A DNA stretch of 64,000 nt from Mobula hypostoma (taxonomy: Eukaryota). The notes below the pieces were generated by a model. That model was not told where the DNA came from. It did not search any database and saw nothing but the letters and a program-made list of their open reading frames with translations. The position numbers and the translations under genes were made by a program. Shown here in pieces: positions 1 to 12,000 of the stretch (positions within the stretch are counted from its first letter, which is position 1; each line of letters opens with the position of its first letter). The DNA is taken from contig NC_086097.1 in the NCBI RefSeq assembly GCF_963921235.1, positions 229,340,001-229,404,000 on the forward strand, read 5' to 3'.

Positions 1-445
1 TGAGACATGGACCATCTCAGCAGAGCTACAGAGGACGATACAGGCATTGGAAATGAGATGCTATTGCAACATCTTGGGCATCTCATACTTGGACCACATC
101 ACAAACGAGCAGGTCCACAAGACCATCCAGCACCACATTGGCCCCCATGAAGACCTTCTCACAACGGTGAAGAAAAGAAAGGTGTGATGGTACGGCCACG
201 TAACAAGATCCAGTGGCCTTGCAAAGACCGTTCTACAAGGAACTGTGGAGGGGAAAAGAAGGAGAGGTGGACAGAGGAAAAGATGGACAGACAACATTAA
301 AGACTCGATAGGGAAAACATTTGCTGTGACCCAGGCTCTGGCACACAACTGCGACAGATGGAACAGACTGGTGCAAAGCTTGTCATGACAGCGCCCCACC
401 GACTCCACCAGGAGTTAAGGGCGCAAGAAAGGAAGGAAGGAAGGA
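1..445 (+). mobile_element. 3' end of an RTE-clade (BovB-like) LINE, cut by the window edge
   Basis: Frame 2 reads ETWTISAELQRTIQALEMRCYCNILGISYLDHITNEQV...KKRKV*WYGHVTRSSGLAKTVLQGTVEGKRRRGGQRKRWTDNIK, an RTE ORF C-terminus with an in-frame stop, followed by a (GGAA)n tail. Confidence 0.8.
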
Positions 446-756
446 TATATATATTAAAAAAAATTTATTTTTGTGTTTTCATGGTGCAGGGCTGTAACAT
501 TAAGATCCCTTGTATTCTGAATTGGATATCAGTGTTTTTCATATATACTGTTACCTCATCTCTGTTCTAAATAGACGTCCCTCAATTCTGAGGCTATGCC
601 GTCTGGTCCTAGACTCAGCCACTATAGGAAACATCCTCTCCACATCCACTCAATTCAGATCTTTCAATATTTGATAGGTTTCAATGAAATCCCTCTCACT
701 TATTCTACTAAACTCCAGTAGGTACAGGCCCAGCACTGTCAAACTCTCCTTGTAGG

Positions 757-937
757 TCACACACACAGAATGCTGGAGGAACTCTTCAGGTCAGGCAGCA
801 TCCATGGATGTCGATGTCTCAGCCCAAAACGTTGATTGTATTCTTTTTCATAGATGCTGCCTGGCCAGTTGAGTTCCCCCAGCATTTTGTGTGTGTTTCT
901 TGGATTTTCAGCATCTGCTGATTTTCTCTTGTTTGTG
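757..937. repeat. Fold-back (inverted) pair of Penelope-like element terminal repeats
   Basis: 758-808 (cacacacagaatgctggaggaact..caggcagcatccatgga) is an imperfect inverted repeat of 848-896. The same motif recurs across the window, including next to the Penelope GIY-YIG remnants. Confidence 0.7.
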
Positions 938-1042
938 ATTGTCCTCCTTATATCTTAACCCTTTCATTCTTGTGAATGCTAGAATGCTAGAACGTCCTTT
1001 CTTAGATAAGGGGTCAAAACTGTTCACAATATTCCAAGTGCA

Positions 1043-1302
1043 TAGTGCTTTCCCCTATTCCTTCTTCACCTTTCCTGCCTACCCCTCCCTGCTTCCCCTC
1101 CCCCACCCCTTTATCTTTCTCCTTACTGTTTTTTCACCTGGAACCTACCAGCCTCTCCTTCCCACCCTCCCCCCACCTTCTTTATAGGGCCTCTGCCCCT
1201 TCCCTCTTCAGTCCTGATGAAGGGTTCCGGCCCGAAACGTTGACTGATCATTTCCACGGATGCTGCCCGACCTGCTGAGTTCCTCCAGTGTTTTGTGAGT
1301 GT
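1043..1302 (+). mobile_element. Penelope-like element 3'UTR/pseudo-LTR fragment
   Basis: Pyrimidine-rich tract, then cagtcctgatgaagggttccggcccgaaacgttgactga, then gatgctgcccgacctgctgagttcctccag. Inserted within CR1. Confidence 0.75.
1208..1247 (+). ncRNA. Minimal type-I hammerhead ribozyme motif (Penelope-associated)
   Basis: Stem I tcagtc(1208-1213)/gactga(1242-1247); core CTGATGA(1214-1220) plus an extra A; stem II ggg/ccc; GAAA(1234-1237); palindromic ACGT stem III; cleavage triplet GTT. Confidence 0.75.
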
Positions 1303-2073
1303 TGCAGTCTGCCTAATGCCTTATAAAGCCTCAGCATTACATCCTTGCTCTTGTATTCTCATCCTCCTGAAGTGAATGCTAACAATGCAGTTACTGTACC
1401 TTCCTTACCGCAACTCACCTTGCAAGCTAACCTTAGGGAATCCTGCATGAGGACTCTCAAGTCCCTCTACGCCTCTGATTTTTGAATTTTCTCCCCATTT
1501 ACTCCTTCTGCCAAAGTGCATGACCGTGCACTTCCCTGCATTATATTCCATCTGCCACTTCTTTGCCTATTTCCCCCATCTGTATAAATCCTTCTGCTGT
1601 TACACTGCTTCCTCAACATTATCTGCCCCTCCACCTTTCTTTGTACCATCCGCAAACTTGGCCACAGAGCCATCATTCCTTCATCCAAATCATTGACATG
1701 AAAGGAAGTGGTCCCAACACAGACCCCTGTGGAACACCACTAGACACTGGCAGCCAACCAGAAAAGGCCCCCTTTATTCCCACTGTTTGCCTCGTGCCAG
1801 TCAGCCAATCTTCTATTCATTTTAGTACCATTCCCATAATGCCATGAGCACATATTTTGTTAAGCAGCATCGTGTGCAGAACCTTGTCAGAGGCCTTCCA
1901 AAAATCCAAATAAAAATCATCTACTGACTCAATTTTGTCTATCCTGCAAGCTATTTCCTCAAGAATTCCAAAAGATTTGTCAGGCAAGACCTCCCCTTCA
2001 GAAAACCATGCTGACTTTGGTGTATTCTATCATGTGCCTCCAAGTACTCTGAAACCTCATCCTTAATAGTAAG

Positions 2074-2709
2074 TGAAACCACCCTGGTTTCCTTGGCTGC
2101 GTAAGTCTAGGGAAAACAACCTCTGGCCCTGCCAAGCTCGTGAGATTGAAGCACACTCGACCCCACCCCAAACCCTAATTTGTGTGGATGCTGTCATTTG
2201 CTACTCTGTTACAAATTAATGCCACAAAATAACAGACAGTATACTGTATACGATTAAAGGAATTATATTTGTGAATCTTAACTGAAGGGTTGGTAAAGAA
2301 TAACAACAAGAAAAGGGCTGATTCTAATCAAACAGTCAAAAGTGCACAAGTTGGATCTCATCTTGAACTTCCCTGTCACTCACGCGCTGGGTCTTCGGTC
2401 AACGTGAAAGCACACACCGCCTTCTGAACGTCGCTCGCAATCCATCTCGAACAAACGGGTCTCCCACTGGATCATATGCTACGACCGGTTCTCCCTAGCG
2501 TCTTCTCTCTTCATCTCCTCTTGTACAAAAGCCCCAAGCCCAACCTTATTGTCCTTCACCGAGAAAACCTCCCGCTAATTGGATGGCGCACATTCCACAT
2601 CATCTCTTACAACAACCCAAACAGGCTGAAAGCAGAGCAGTAGCTCTTACAGAGCTGCTAAATGAAAAACCTACAGCATAACAGTAAGGATGTGAACCAG
2701 GTCATTACA
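2074..2709. mobile_element. Solo LTR (family A), 636 bp
   Basis: TG...CA termini (tgaaac...attaca), 4-bp TSD TAAG at 2070-2073 and 2710-2713. Interrupts CR1 and is homologous to 43626-44205. Confidence 0.8.
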
Positions 2710-2886
2710 TAAGCTCCAATACCTTTCCAACCATTGAAATTAGGCTAAGTGGCCTACACTTTCCTTTATTCTGCCTTCCTCCCTTAAAGAGTGGAGTAAC
2801 ATTTCCAATTTTCCAGTCCTCAGGAACCACTCCCGAATCTAGTTATTTTTAAAAGATCAAACTAATGCCTCCACAATGCCTCTCCA

Positions 2887-3391
2887 ATGGTCACCTCACT
2901 ACAGGAAGGATGTGGATACTATGAAGAGAGTGCAGAGGAGATTTATAAGGATGTTGCCTGGATTGGAGAGTGTGCCTTATGAAAATAGGTTGAGTGAACT
3001 TGGCCTTTTCTTCTTGAAGCAACGAAGGATAAGAGGTGACCTGATAGAGGTGTATAAGATGATGAAGAGGCATTGATTGTGTGGGTAGCCAGAAGCTTTT
3101 TCGCAGGGCTGAAATGGCTAACATGAGGGGGCATAATTTTAAGGTGCTTGGAAGTAGGTACAAGGGGATGACAAAGGTAGTTTTTCACACACAGAATAGT
3201 GGGTCCGTGGAATGCACTGCCAGCAAAGGTGGTGGAGGTGGATACAATAGGGTCTTTTCAGAGACGCTTAGAAAAATAGAGAGCTATGCGGTAGGGAGCT
3301 TCTAGGCAGCTTCTAGAGTAGGTTACATGGTCGACACAATATTGTGGGCGGAAAGGCCTGTAATGTGCTGTAGATTTCTATGTTTCTATGT
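2887..3391 (+). mobile_element. 5'-truncated CR1 LINE 3' end
   Basis: WSPHYRKDVDTMKRVQRRFIRMLPGLE...RGDLIEVYKMM, ending in a tttctatgtttctatg tail. Confidence 0.9.
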
Positions 3392-4022
3392 TACAGTCTC
3401 TTCAGCTACCTCTTTCAGAACTCTGTCCATCTGGTCCAAATGACTTATCTACTTCAGACTTTTCATCTTTCCAAGCACCTTCTTAGTACTTCTGCCCCCC
3501 GACATTCACTTTTCTGGCCTTCTGCTTCTGTCTTCCACAGTGAAGACTGATACAAAATACTTATTAAGTTCCTCTGCCATTTCTTTGTCCCTCATTACTA
3601 ACTCTCTAGCATCATTTTCAATTCTCCTCTCTCATATACTCCTTATATATCTGAAAAAACTTTTTGTATCCCCTTCCTATATGCTATCTTACTTAATATT
3701 TTGCCTTTTCTCTTTGTATGGCTTTATTTAGTTGTCTTCTGTTGGTTGTTAAAAGCTTCCCAATATTCTAACTTCCCACTAATTTTTTGCTCCGTTATAT
3801 GCCCTCTCTTTTGCTTTAATACTGTCTATGACTTCCCTTGTCAAGCATGGTTACCTCATCCTTTCTTGTGACAGCTTCTTCACTGGCATGCATCTTTCCT
3901 GTGCCCTCCGAATTTCCCCCAGAAACTCCAGAAGTGTTCACTTCCAATCGATTTTTGGCCAGCCCCTCTACCATGCCTCTCAGATTCCCTTTACTCCACT
4001 GTAATACTGATAAATCTGATTT

Positions 4023-7000
4023 TAGAAACATAGAAACAAAGAAAACTTACAGCACAATACAGGCCCTTCAGCCCACAAATGCTGTGCGAAACATGTACTT
4101 ACTTTAAAAATTACCTAGAGTTACCCATAGCCCTCTATTTTTCTAAGCTCCACATACCTGTCCAGGAGTCTCTTAAAAGACCCTATCGTATCTGCCTCCA
4201 CCACCGCTGCCGGCAGCCCATATCATAAGCTCACCATTCTCTGCGTAAAAGTATTTCCCCGACATCTCCTCTGTACCTGCTTCCAAGCACCTTAAAACTG
4301 TGCCCTCTCATGTCAGCCATTTCAGCCCTGGGAAAAAGCCTCTGACTATCCACACGATCAATGCCTCTCATCATCTTATGCACCTCTATCAGGTCACCTC
4401 TTATCCTCCGCTGCTGCAAGGAGAAAAGACCGAGATCACTTAACCTATTCTCTAAGGCATGCTCCCCATTCCAGGCAACATCCTTGTAAATCTCCTCTTC
4501 ACCCTTTCTATAGTTTCCATATCCTTCCTGTAGTGAGGTGACCAGAACTAAACACAGTACTCCATGTGGGGTCTGAACAGGGTCCTATATAGCGGTAACA
4601 TTACCTCTCTGCTCCTAAACTCAACCCCACGGTTGATGAAGGCCAATGCACCAGATACCTCCTTAACCACAGAGTCAACCTGTGCAGCAGCTTTGTGTGT
4701 CCTATGGACTCCGACCCCAAGATCCCTCTGATCCTCCATACTGCCAAGAGTCTTACCATTAATACTATATTCTGCTATCATATTTGATCTACCAAAATGA
4801 ACCACCTCACACTTATCTGGGTTGAACACCATCTGCCACTTCTCAGTCCAGTTTTGCATCCTATCAATGTCCTGCTGTAACCTATGACAGCCACCACACT
4901 ATCCACAAAACCCCCAACCTTTGTGTCATCAGCAAATTTACTAACCCATCCCTCCACTTCCTCATCCAGGTCATTTATAAAAATCACGAAGGGAAGGCAT
5001 CCCAGAACAGATCCCTGAGGCACACCACTGGTGACCAACTGCCATGCAGAAAATGACCCGTCGACAACCACTTTTTGCCTTCTGTAAGCAAGCCAGTTCT
5101 GGATCCAGAAATCAAGGTCTCCTTGGATTCCATGCCTCCTTACTTTCTCAATAAGCCTTGCATGGGGTACCTTATCAAATGCCTTGCTGAAATCCATATA
5201 CAGTACAGTACACCTACTGCCCTACCTTAGTCACCTCCTCATCCAGTCCTGGAGACTTATCCAACTGGATGCTTTCCAAAAGTTCCAGAACATCCTTTTT
5301 CTTAATGTCTATATGCTCAAGCTTTTCAATCCGCTGTAAGTCTTCCCTGCAATCGCCAAGATCCTTTTCCATAGTGAATACTGAAGCAAAGTATTCATTA
5401 AGTATCTCCGATATCTCCTCGGTTCCATACACACTTTTCTACTGTCACACTTTATTGGTCCTATTCTCTCACATCTCATCCTCTTGATCTTCACATACAG
5501 TACTTGTAGAATGCCTTGGAGTTTTCCTTAATCATGCTCACCAAGGCCTTCTCATGGCCCCTTCTGGCTCTCCTAATTTCGTTCTTAAGCTCCTTCCTGC
5601 GAGCCTTATAATCTTCTAGATCTCTATCTTTACCTAGTTTTTTGAACCTTTCGTAACCTTTTCTCCTTGACTAGATTTTCAACAGCCTTTGTACACCACA
5701 GTTCTTGTAAGCAACCATACTTTCCCTGTCACATTGGAACGTACCTATGCAGAACGCCATGCAAATATCCCCTGAATATTTGCCTCATTTCTGCCGTATA
5801 TTTCCCTGAGAACATCTGTTTCCAATTTATGCTTCCAAGTTCCTGCCTGATAACCTCATAATTCCCCTTACTCCAATTAAATGTTTCCCTAACTTGTCTG
5901 TTCCTATCCCTCTCCAATGCTATGGTAAAGGAGATAGAATTGTGATCACTATCTCTAAAATGCTCTCCCACTGAGAGACTTGACACCTGACCAGGTTCAT
6001 TTCCCAATACCAGATCAAGTACAGCCTCTCCTCTTGTAGGGTTATCTATATATTGTCAGGAAACCTTCCTGAACATACCTAACAAACTCCACCCCATCTA
6101 AACCCCTCACTCTCGGGAGGTGCCAATCAATATTTGGGAAATTAAAATCTCCCACCACGACAACCTTGTTATTATTACACCTTTCCAGAATCTGTCTCCC
6201 TATCTGTTCTTTGATGTCCCTGTTACTATTGGGTGGTCTATAAAAAAAAACTCAGTAGAGTTATTGATCCCTTCCTGTTTCGAACTTCCACCCACAGAGA
6301 CTCCATAGACAACCCCTCCATGACTTCCTTCTTTTCTGCAGCCATGACACTATCTCTGATCAGCAGTACCACTCCCCCACCTCGTTTGCCTCCCTCCCTG
6401 TCCTTTCTGAAACATCTAAAGCCTGGCACTCTGAGTAGCCGTTCCTGCCCCTGAGCCATCCAAGTCTCTGTAATGGCCACAACATCATAGCTTCAAGTAC
6501 TGATTCACGCTCTGTTCATCGGCTTTGTTCATGGTGCTTCTTGTATTAAAATAGACACATCACAAACCATCAGTCTGAGCACATCCCTTCTCTATCACTT
6601 GCCTATCCTCCCTCTCGCACTGTCTCCAAGCTTTCTCTATTTGTGAGCCAACCACCCCTTCCTTTGTCTCTTCAGTTTGGTTCCCACCCGCCAGCAATTC
6701 TAGTTTAAACTCTCCCCAGTAGCCTTAGCAAACCTCCCTGCCACAATATTGGTGCCCCTCGGATTCAAATGCAACCCGTCCTTTTTGTTCAGGTTATGCC
6801 TGCCCCAAAAGAGGTCACAATGATCCAGAAATCTGAATCCTTGCTCCCTGCTCCAATCCCTCAGCCACACATTTCTCCTCCACCTCACTCTATTCCTATA
6901 CTCACTGTCACGTGGCACAGGCAGTAATACTGAGATTACTACCTTTGAGGTCCTGCTTCTCAACTTCCCTCCTAACTCACTGTAGTCTGTTTTCTGGACC

Positions 7001-7370
7001 TTCTCCCTTTTCCTACCTATGTCATTGGTACCAATATGTACCACGACCTCTGGCTGTTCACCTTCCCACTTCAGGATATCGTGAATGCAATCAGAAACAT
7101 CCCGGACCCTGGCACCTGGGAGGCAAACGACCCTCTGTGTTTCTTTCCTGCATCCACAGAATCACCTGTCAGACCCCCTAACCATAGAGCCCCCTATTAC
7201 TGCTGCCTTCTTCCTTTCCCTACCCTTTGAGCCACAGGTCCAGAGGCACGGCCACTGTTGCATCCCCCAGGTGGGCTGTCCCCCCCAACAATACTCAAAC
7301 AGGAGTACTTATTGTTCAGGGGGACGGCCACAGCGGTACTCCCTAGTATCCGAACCTTGCCCTTCCAATG
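4023..7370 (-). mobile_element. Long decayed CR1 LINE (ORF1 SGNH esterase plus ORF2 APE/RT); ORF1 continues at 8349-8495
   Basis: ORF pieces VHIGTNDIGRK...DGLHLNPRG (esterase), AITETW...RGGGVVLLIR (APE) and [11 protein letters not shown]...[10 protein letters not shown]...KFADDTK (RT). Tail at about 4023-4040. Frameshifts and an internal deletion near 5235. Confidence 0.92.
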
Positions 7371-7380
7371 CGCAAACGGG

Positions 7381-8348
7381 TTTACAATATATATTAATGA
7401 CTTGGATGAGGGAATTAAATGCAGCATCTCCAAGTTTGCGGATGACACGAAGCTGGGTGGCAGTGTTAGCAGTGAGGAGGATGCTAAGAGGATGCAGGGT
7501 GAATTGGATAGGTTGGGTGAGTGGGCAAATTCATGGCAGATGCAATTTAATGTGGATAAATGTGAAGTTATCCACTTTGGTGGCAAAAATAGGAAAACAG
7601 ATTATTATCTGAATGGTGGCCGATTAGGAAAAGGGGAGGTGCAACGAGACCTGGGTGTCATTATACACCAGTCATTGTAAGTGGGCATGCAGGTACAGCA
7701 GGTGGTGAAAAAGGCGAATGGTATGCTGGCATTTATAGTGAGAGGATTCGAGTACAGGAGCAGGGAGGTACTACTGCAGTTGTACAAGGCCTTGGTGAGA
7801 CCACACCTGGAGTATTGTGTGCAGTTTTGGTCCCCTAATCTGAGGAAAGACATCTTTGCCATAGAGGGAGTACAAAGAAGGTTCACCAGATTGATTCCTG
7901 GGATGGCAGGACTTTCATATGAAGAAAGACTGGATGAATTGGGCTTGTACTCGTTGGAATTTAGAAGATTGAGGGGGGATCTGATTGAAACGTATAAGAT
8001 CCTAAAGGGATTGGACAGGCTAGATGCAGGGAGATTGTTCCCGATGTTGGGGAAGTCCAGAACGAGGGGTCACAGTTTGAGGATAGAGGGGAAGCCTTTT
8101 AGGACCGAGATTAGGAAAAACTTCTTCACACAGAGAGTGGTGAATCTGTGGAATTCTCTGCCACAGCAAACTGTTGAGGCCAGTTCATTGGCTATATTTA
8201 AGAGGGAGTTAGAGGGGGTATGGAGGGAAGGCTGGGGCGGGGTTCTGAGTTGGATGATCAGCCATGATCATAATAAATGGCAGTGCAGGCTTGAAGGGCC
8301 GAATGGCCTACTCCTGCACCTATTTTCTATGTTTCTATGTTTCTATGT
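7381..8348 (+). mobile_element. Young 5'-truncated CR1 LINE inserted in ORF1 of the older CR1
   Basis: [24 protein letters not shown] through VRPHLEYCVQFWSP, one in-frame stop at 7678-7680, (TTTCTATG)n tail. Highly similar to the reverse complement of about 52835-53822. Confidence 0.93.
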
Positions 8349-9092
8349 TTCCCTCTCCTGACCTTTATCCGCTTATCTGTCTCCCCAGGCCCTGGTGTGA
8401 CTACTTGCCTATAGACCCTCTCTATCACCTCCTCACTTTCCCTGACCAGACGAAGGTCATCGAGCTGAAGCTCTAGTTCCTTAATGCCGTCTCCAAGCTT
8501 CTCCTTCTCCTTTTAGCTTCTCCTTCTCAAACTGCAGGGCAAATTCTATCATATTATCAATGCTTCCTGAGGGTTTCTTTACCTTAACCTTCCAAATCAA
8601 ATCTGGGAAATTTATTAACACCCAAAGCAGAATTGCCCTTCTCCTCATGGGCTCAACCACAAGCTGCTCTTAAAACCCATCTCGTAAGTAATCTACACAT
8701 TCCCTCTCTTGGGAACCAGCATCTATCAAATTTTCTCTTTCTTTCTTTTTAAATCTTTTTATTGAATAAGTATACAAAAAAGGTAAGCCATATACACATT
8801 AATACAATGTTAAAGTATAATAAAATTCCAAAAGGTATCAATACCACAAAAAATACTACAAACAATGTAATTTAAACATAAGAAACCAAGATAACATAAT
8901 AGTATACTAAATTTTATATATATCAATGGAAAAAAAAGAAAAAAAAAACCCAAAAAAAACCCCACCGTGCAACTAACTAAAAGCAAAGCAAAGCAATGGG
9001 CTAACTTGAAACCAAACAGAGTTAAACTTAAAATCACGTCCTCAATCCCGACCTCCATTAAAAACAGTGAAAAAAAACAAGAAGGGTAAATA

Positions 9093-12000
9093 TTACATTA
9101 AATGAAAATATCGAATAAAAGGTCCCCAAATCTGTTCAAATTTAAATGAAGAATCATAAAGGTTACTTCTAATTTTCTCCAAATTCAAACATAAAATCGT
9201 CTGAGAAAACCAAAAAAAGGTAGTTGGAGCATTAAGCTCTTTCCAATGTTGTAAAATACATCTTTTCGCCATTAAAGTAAGAAATGCAATCATTCTACGG
9301 GCTGAAGGGGAAAGATTACTAGAAATTTTAGGTAGTCCAAAGATAGCAGTAATAGGGTGAGGAGAGATATCTATATTTAATACCTTAGAAATAATATTAA
9401 AAATATCTCTCCAAAAAGTTTCCAAAGTAGGGCAGGACCAAAACATATGAGTTAAAGAGGCTATCTGCCCCGAACATCTATCACAAAAAGGATTAATATG
9501 CGAGTAAAAACGCGCTAATTTATCTTTGGACATATGTGCTCTATGAACCACTTTAAATTGAATTAGGGAATGTTTAGCACAAATAGAGGAAGTATTAACT
9601 AATTGTAAAATCTGCCCCCAATCATCCACAGAAATGGTAAGCCCCAATTCCTGTTCCCAATCTACCCTAATCTTATCAAATGGAGCTTTCCTAAGTTTCA
9701 TAATAATATTATAAATCATAGCCGATGCACCTTTCTGACATGGATTGAGGTTAATTATCGAATCTAAAATATATGTAGGAGGAAGCATTGGAAAGGAAGA
9801 AAGTATAGTACTTAGGAAATTTCTAACTTGTAAATATCTAAAAAAATGTATTCTTGATAAGTTATATTTATTAGATAATTGTTCAAAAGACATAAGGGAA
9901 CCATCTAAAAATAAATCCAAAAACCGTAAAATACCCTTAGTCTTCCAAGTTTGAAAAGCGCGATCCGTAAAAGAGGGAGGAAAAAATATGTTACCTAAAA
10001 TAGGAATCGCTAACCCGAATTGATTAAGATCAAAAAATTTTCTGAATTGAAACCAAATGCGCAAAGCATATTTAACTATCGGGTTAGAGACCTGCTTAAG
10101 GCGTTTCGAATCAAAAGGGAGAGAGGAGCCTAAAATAGAGCGAAGTGTATAACCCTGAACAGATTGTAGTTCCAATGCTACCCATTTAGGAATAGATAGT
10201 ATGTCCTGATCAAGTAACCAAAATTTCATATGTCGAATATTAATAGCCCAATAATAGAATCTAAAGTTAGGTAATGCTAAACCTCCATCTCTCTTAGCTT
10301 TCTGTAAATGTATTTTACCCAGTCTCGGATTCTTATTCTGCCAAATAAATGAAGAAATTTTAGAGTCAACTTTATCAAAGAAAAATTTTGGAACAAAAAT
10401 TGGTAATGCCTGAAACACATATAAAAATTTTGGCAAAAAAAACATCTTAACTGCATTAATACGACCAATCAAAGTTAAATATAAGGGAAACCATTTAGAT
10501 GAAAGTTGAGTAATATGGTCTATTAATGGTAAAAAATTAGTCTTAAATAAATCTTTGTATTTACAAGTAATTTTAATCCCAAGATATGAGAAATAATTAT
10601 TAATCAATTTAAATGGAAATTTATAATATAAGGGAAGATGTTTATTAATCGGAAAAAGTTCACTCTTACTAAGATTTAATTTATAACCTGAAAAAAAACC
10701 AAATTGTGCTAATAACTCTAAAACAGCAGGAATGGATTTCTCAGGATTAGAAATATATAAAAGTAAATCATCAGCATAGAGTGATAATTTATGGGACTTT
10801 AATCCCCGAGTTATCCCAGTAATATTTGAAGATTCTCGAATGGCAATTGCAAGAGGTTCTAATGCAATATCAAATAATAGGGGACTAAGAGGACAGCCTT
10901 GTCGAGTACCTCGAAAGAGAGGAAAAAAAGGTGAGTTTAAAGAGTTAGTACGAACCGAGGCTACCGGGGAATGATATAACAGTTTAATCCAGGATATAAA
11001 TTTCAAGCTAAAATTAAACATTTCAAGCACCTTAAATAAATAAGGCCATTCTACTCTATCAAAAGCTTTCTCGGCATCTAAAGAAATAACACACTCAGGA
11101 ACATTTTGTGAGGGAGTATAAACGATATTTAACAATGTACGAATATTATAAAAAGAGTAACGACCTTTAATAAAACCCGTTTGGTCTTCCGAAATAATAG
11201 AAGGAAGTATTTTTTCTAGTCTATTTGCTAATAACTTAGAAAAAACTTTAGAATCAACATTTAATAAAGATATTGGTCTATAAGATGCACATTGAGCAGG
11301 GTCTTTATCCTTCTTTAGTATTAAAGAAATTGATGCTCTATTAAAAGATTCAGGAAGTTTACCAAGTTTCAGAGAAGCCTCAAAAACCCTACAGAGCCAA
11401 GGGATCAATAAAGAAGCAAAACATTTATAAAATTCAACGGTAAACCCATCCGGGCCAGGAGCTTTCCCCAGATTCATAGAAAAAATAACATTCTTAATCT
11501 CATCCATAGTAATGGAAGTATCTAATAAAGAAGACATATCCTGTGAAATCTGAGGGAAGTCTAACTTATCTAAAAAATCATTCATATATTTAGAATCTCG
11601 AGGAGACTCTGATTGATATAAAGAAGAATAAAAATCACGAAAGGTTTGATTAATCCCCACATGATCGAGTATCAATCGATCATTTTGGTTATAAATCTGA
11701 TTGATTTGAGATTTAACATAATTAGATTTCAATTGATTAGCCAGCAGCTTGCCAATTTTGTCACTGTGAACATAAAAGTCACTTCTTGTTTTCTTTAATT
11801 GGTTTACAATCGAGGACGAGAGTAATAAACTGTGTTCCATTTGAAGTTCAGTTCTTTGTTTGTATAACTCCTCAGAAGGAGCCATAACATATTTCTTATC
11901 AATTTCTTTAATCTTGTCCACAATTGCCATCTCCTCCTGCTTCTGTTTCTTCCTCAAAGCAGCAGAATACGAAATAATCTGACCACGAATATAAGCTTTA

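Larger units (their letters stand above)
548..4020 (-). mobile_element. Degenerate CR1 LINE ORF2 segment, interrupted by younger insertions (757-937, 1043-1302, 2074-2709, 2887-3391)
   Basis: Antisense of CR1 RT motifs, e.g. [12 protein letters not shown] around 1710-1750. Collinear with the better-preserved CR1 copies at 35561-36465 and 52832-56803. Confidence 0.8.

Noticed and set aside
7258..7680. 140-aa ORF as a novel RT fusion
   Set aside because: Chance read-through from antisense CR1 ORF1 sequence into the inserted CR1 at 7381.
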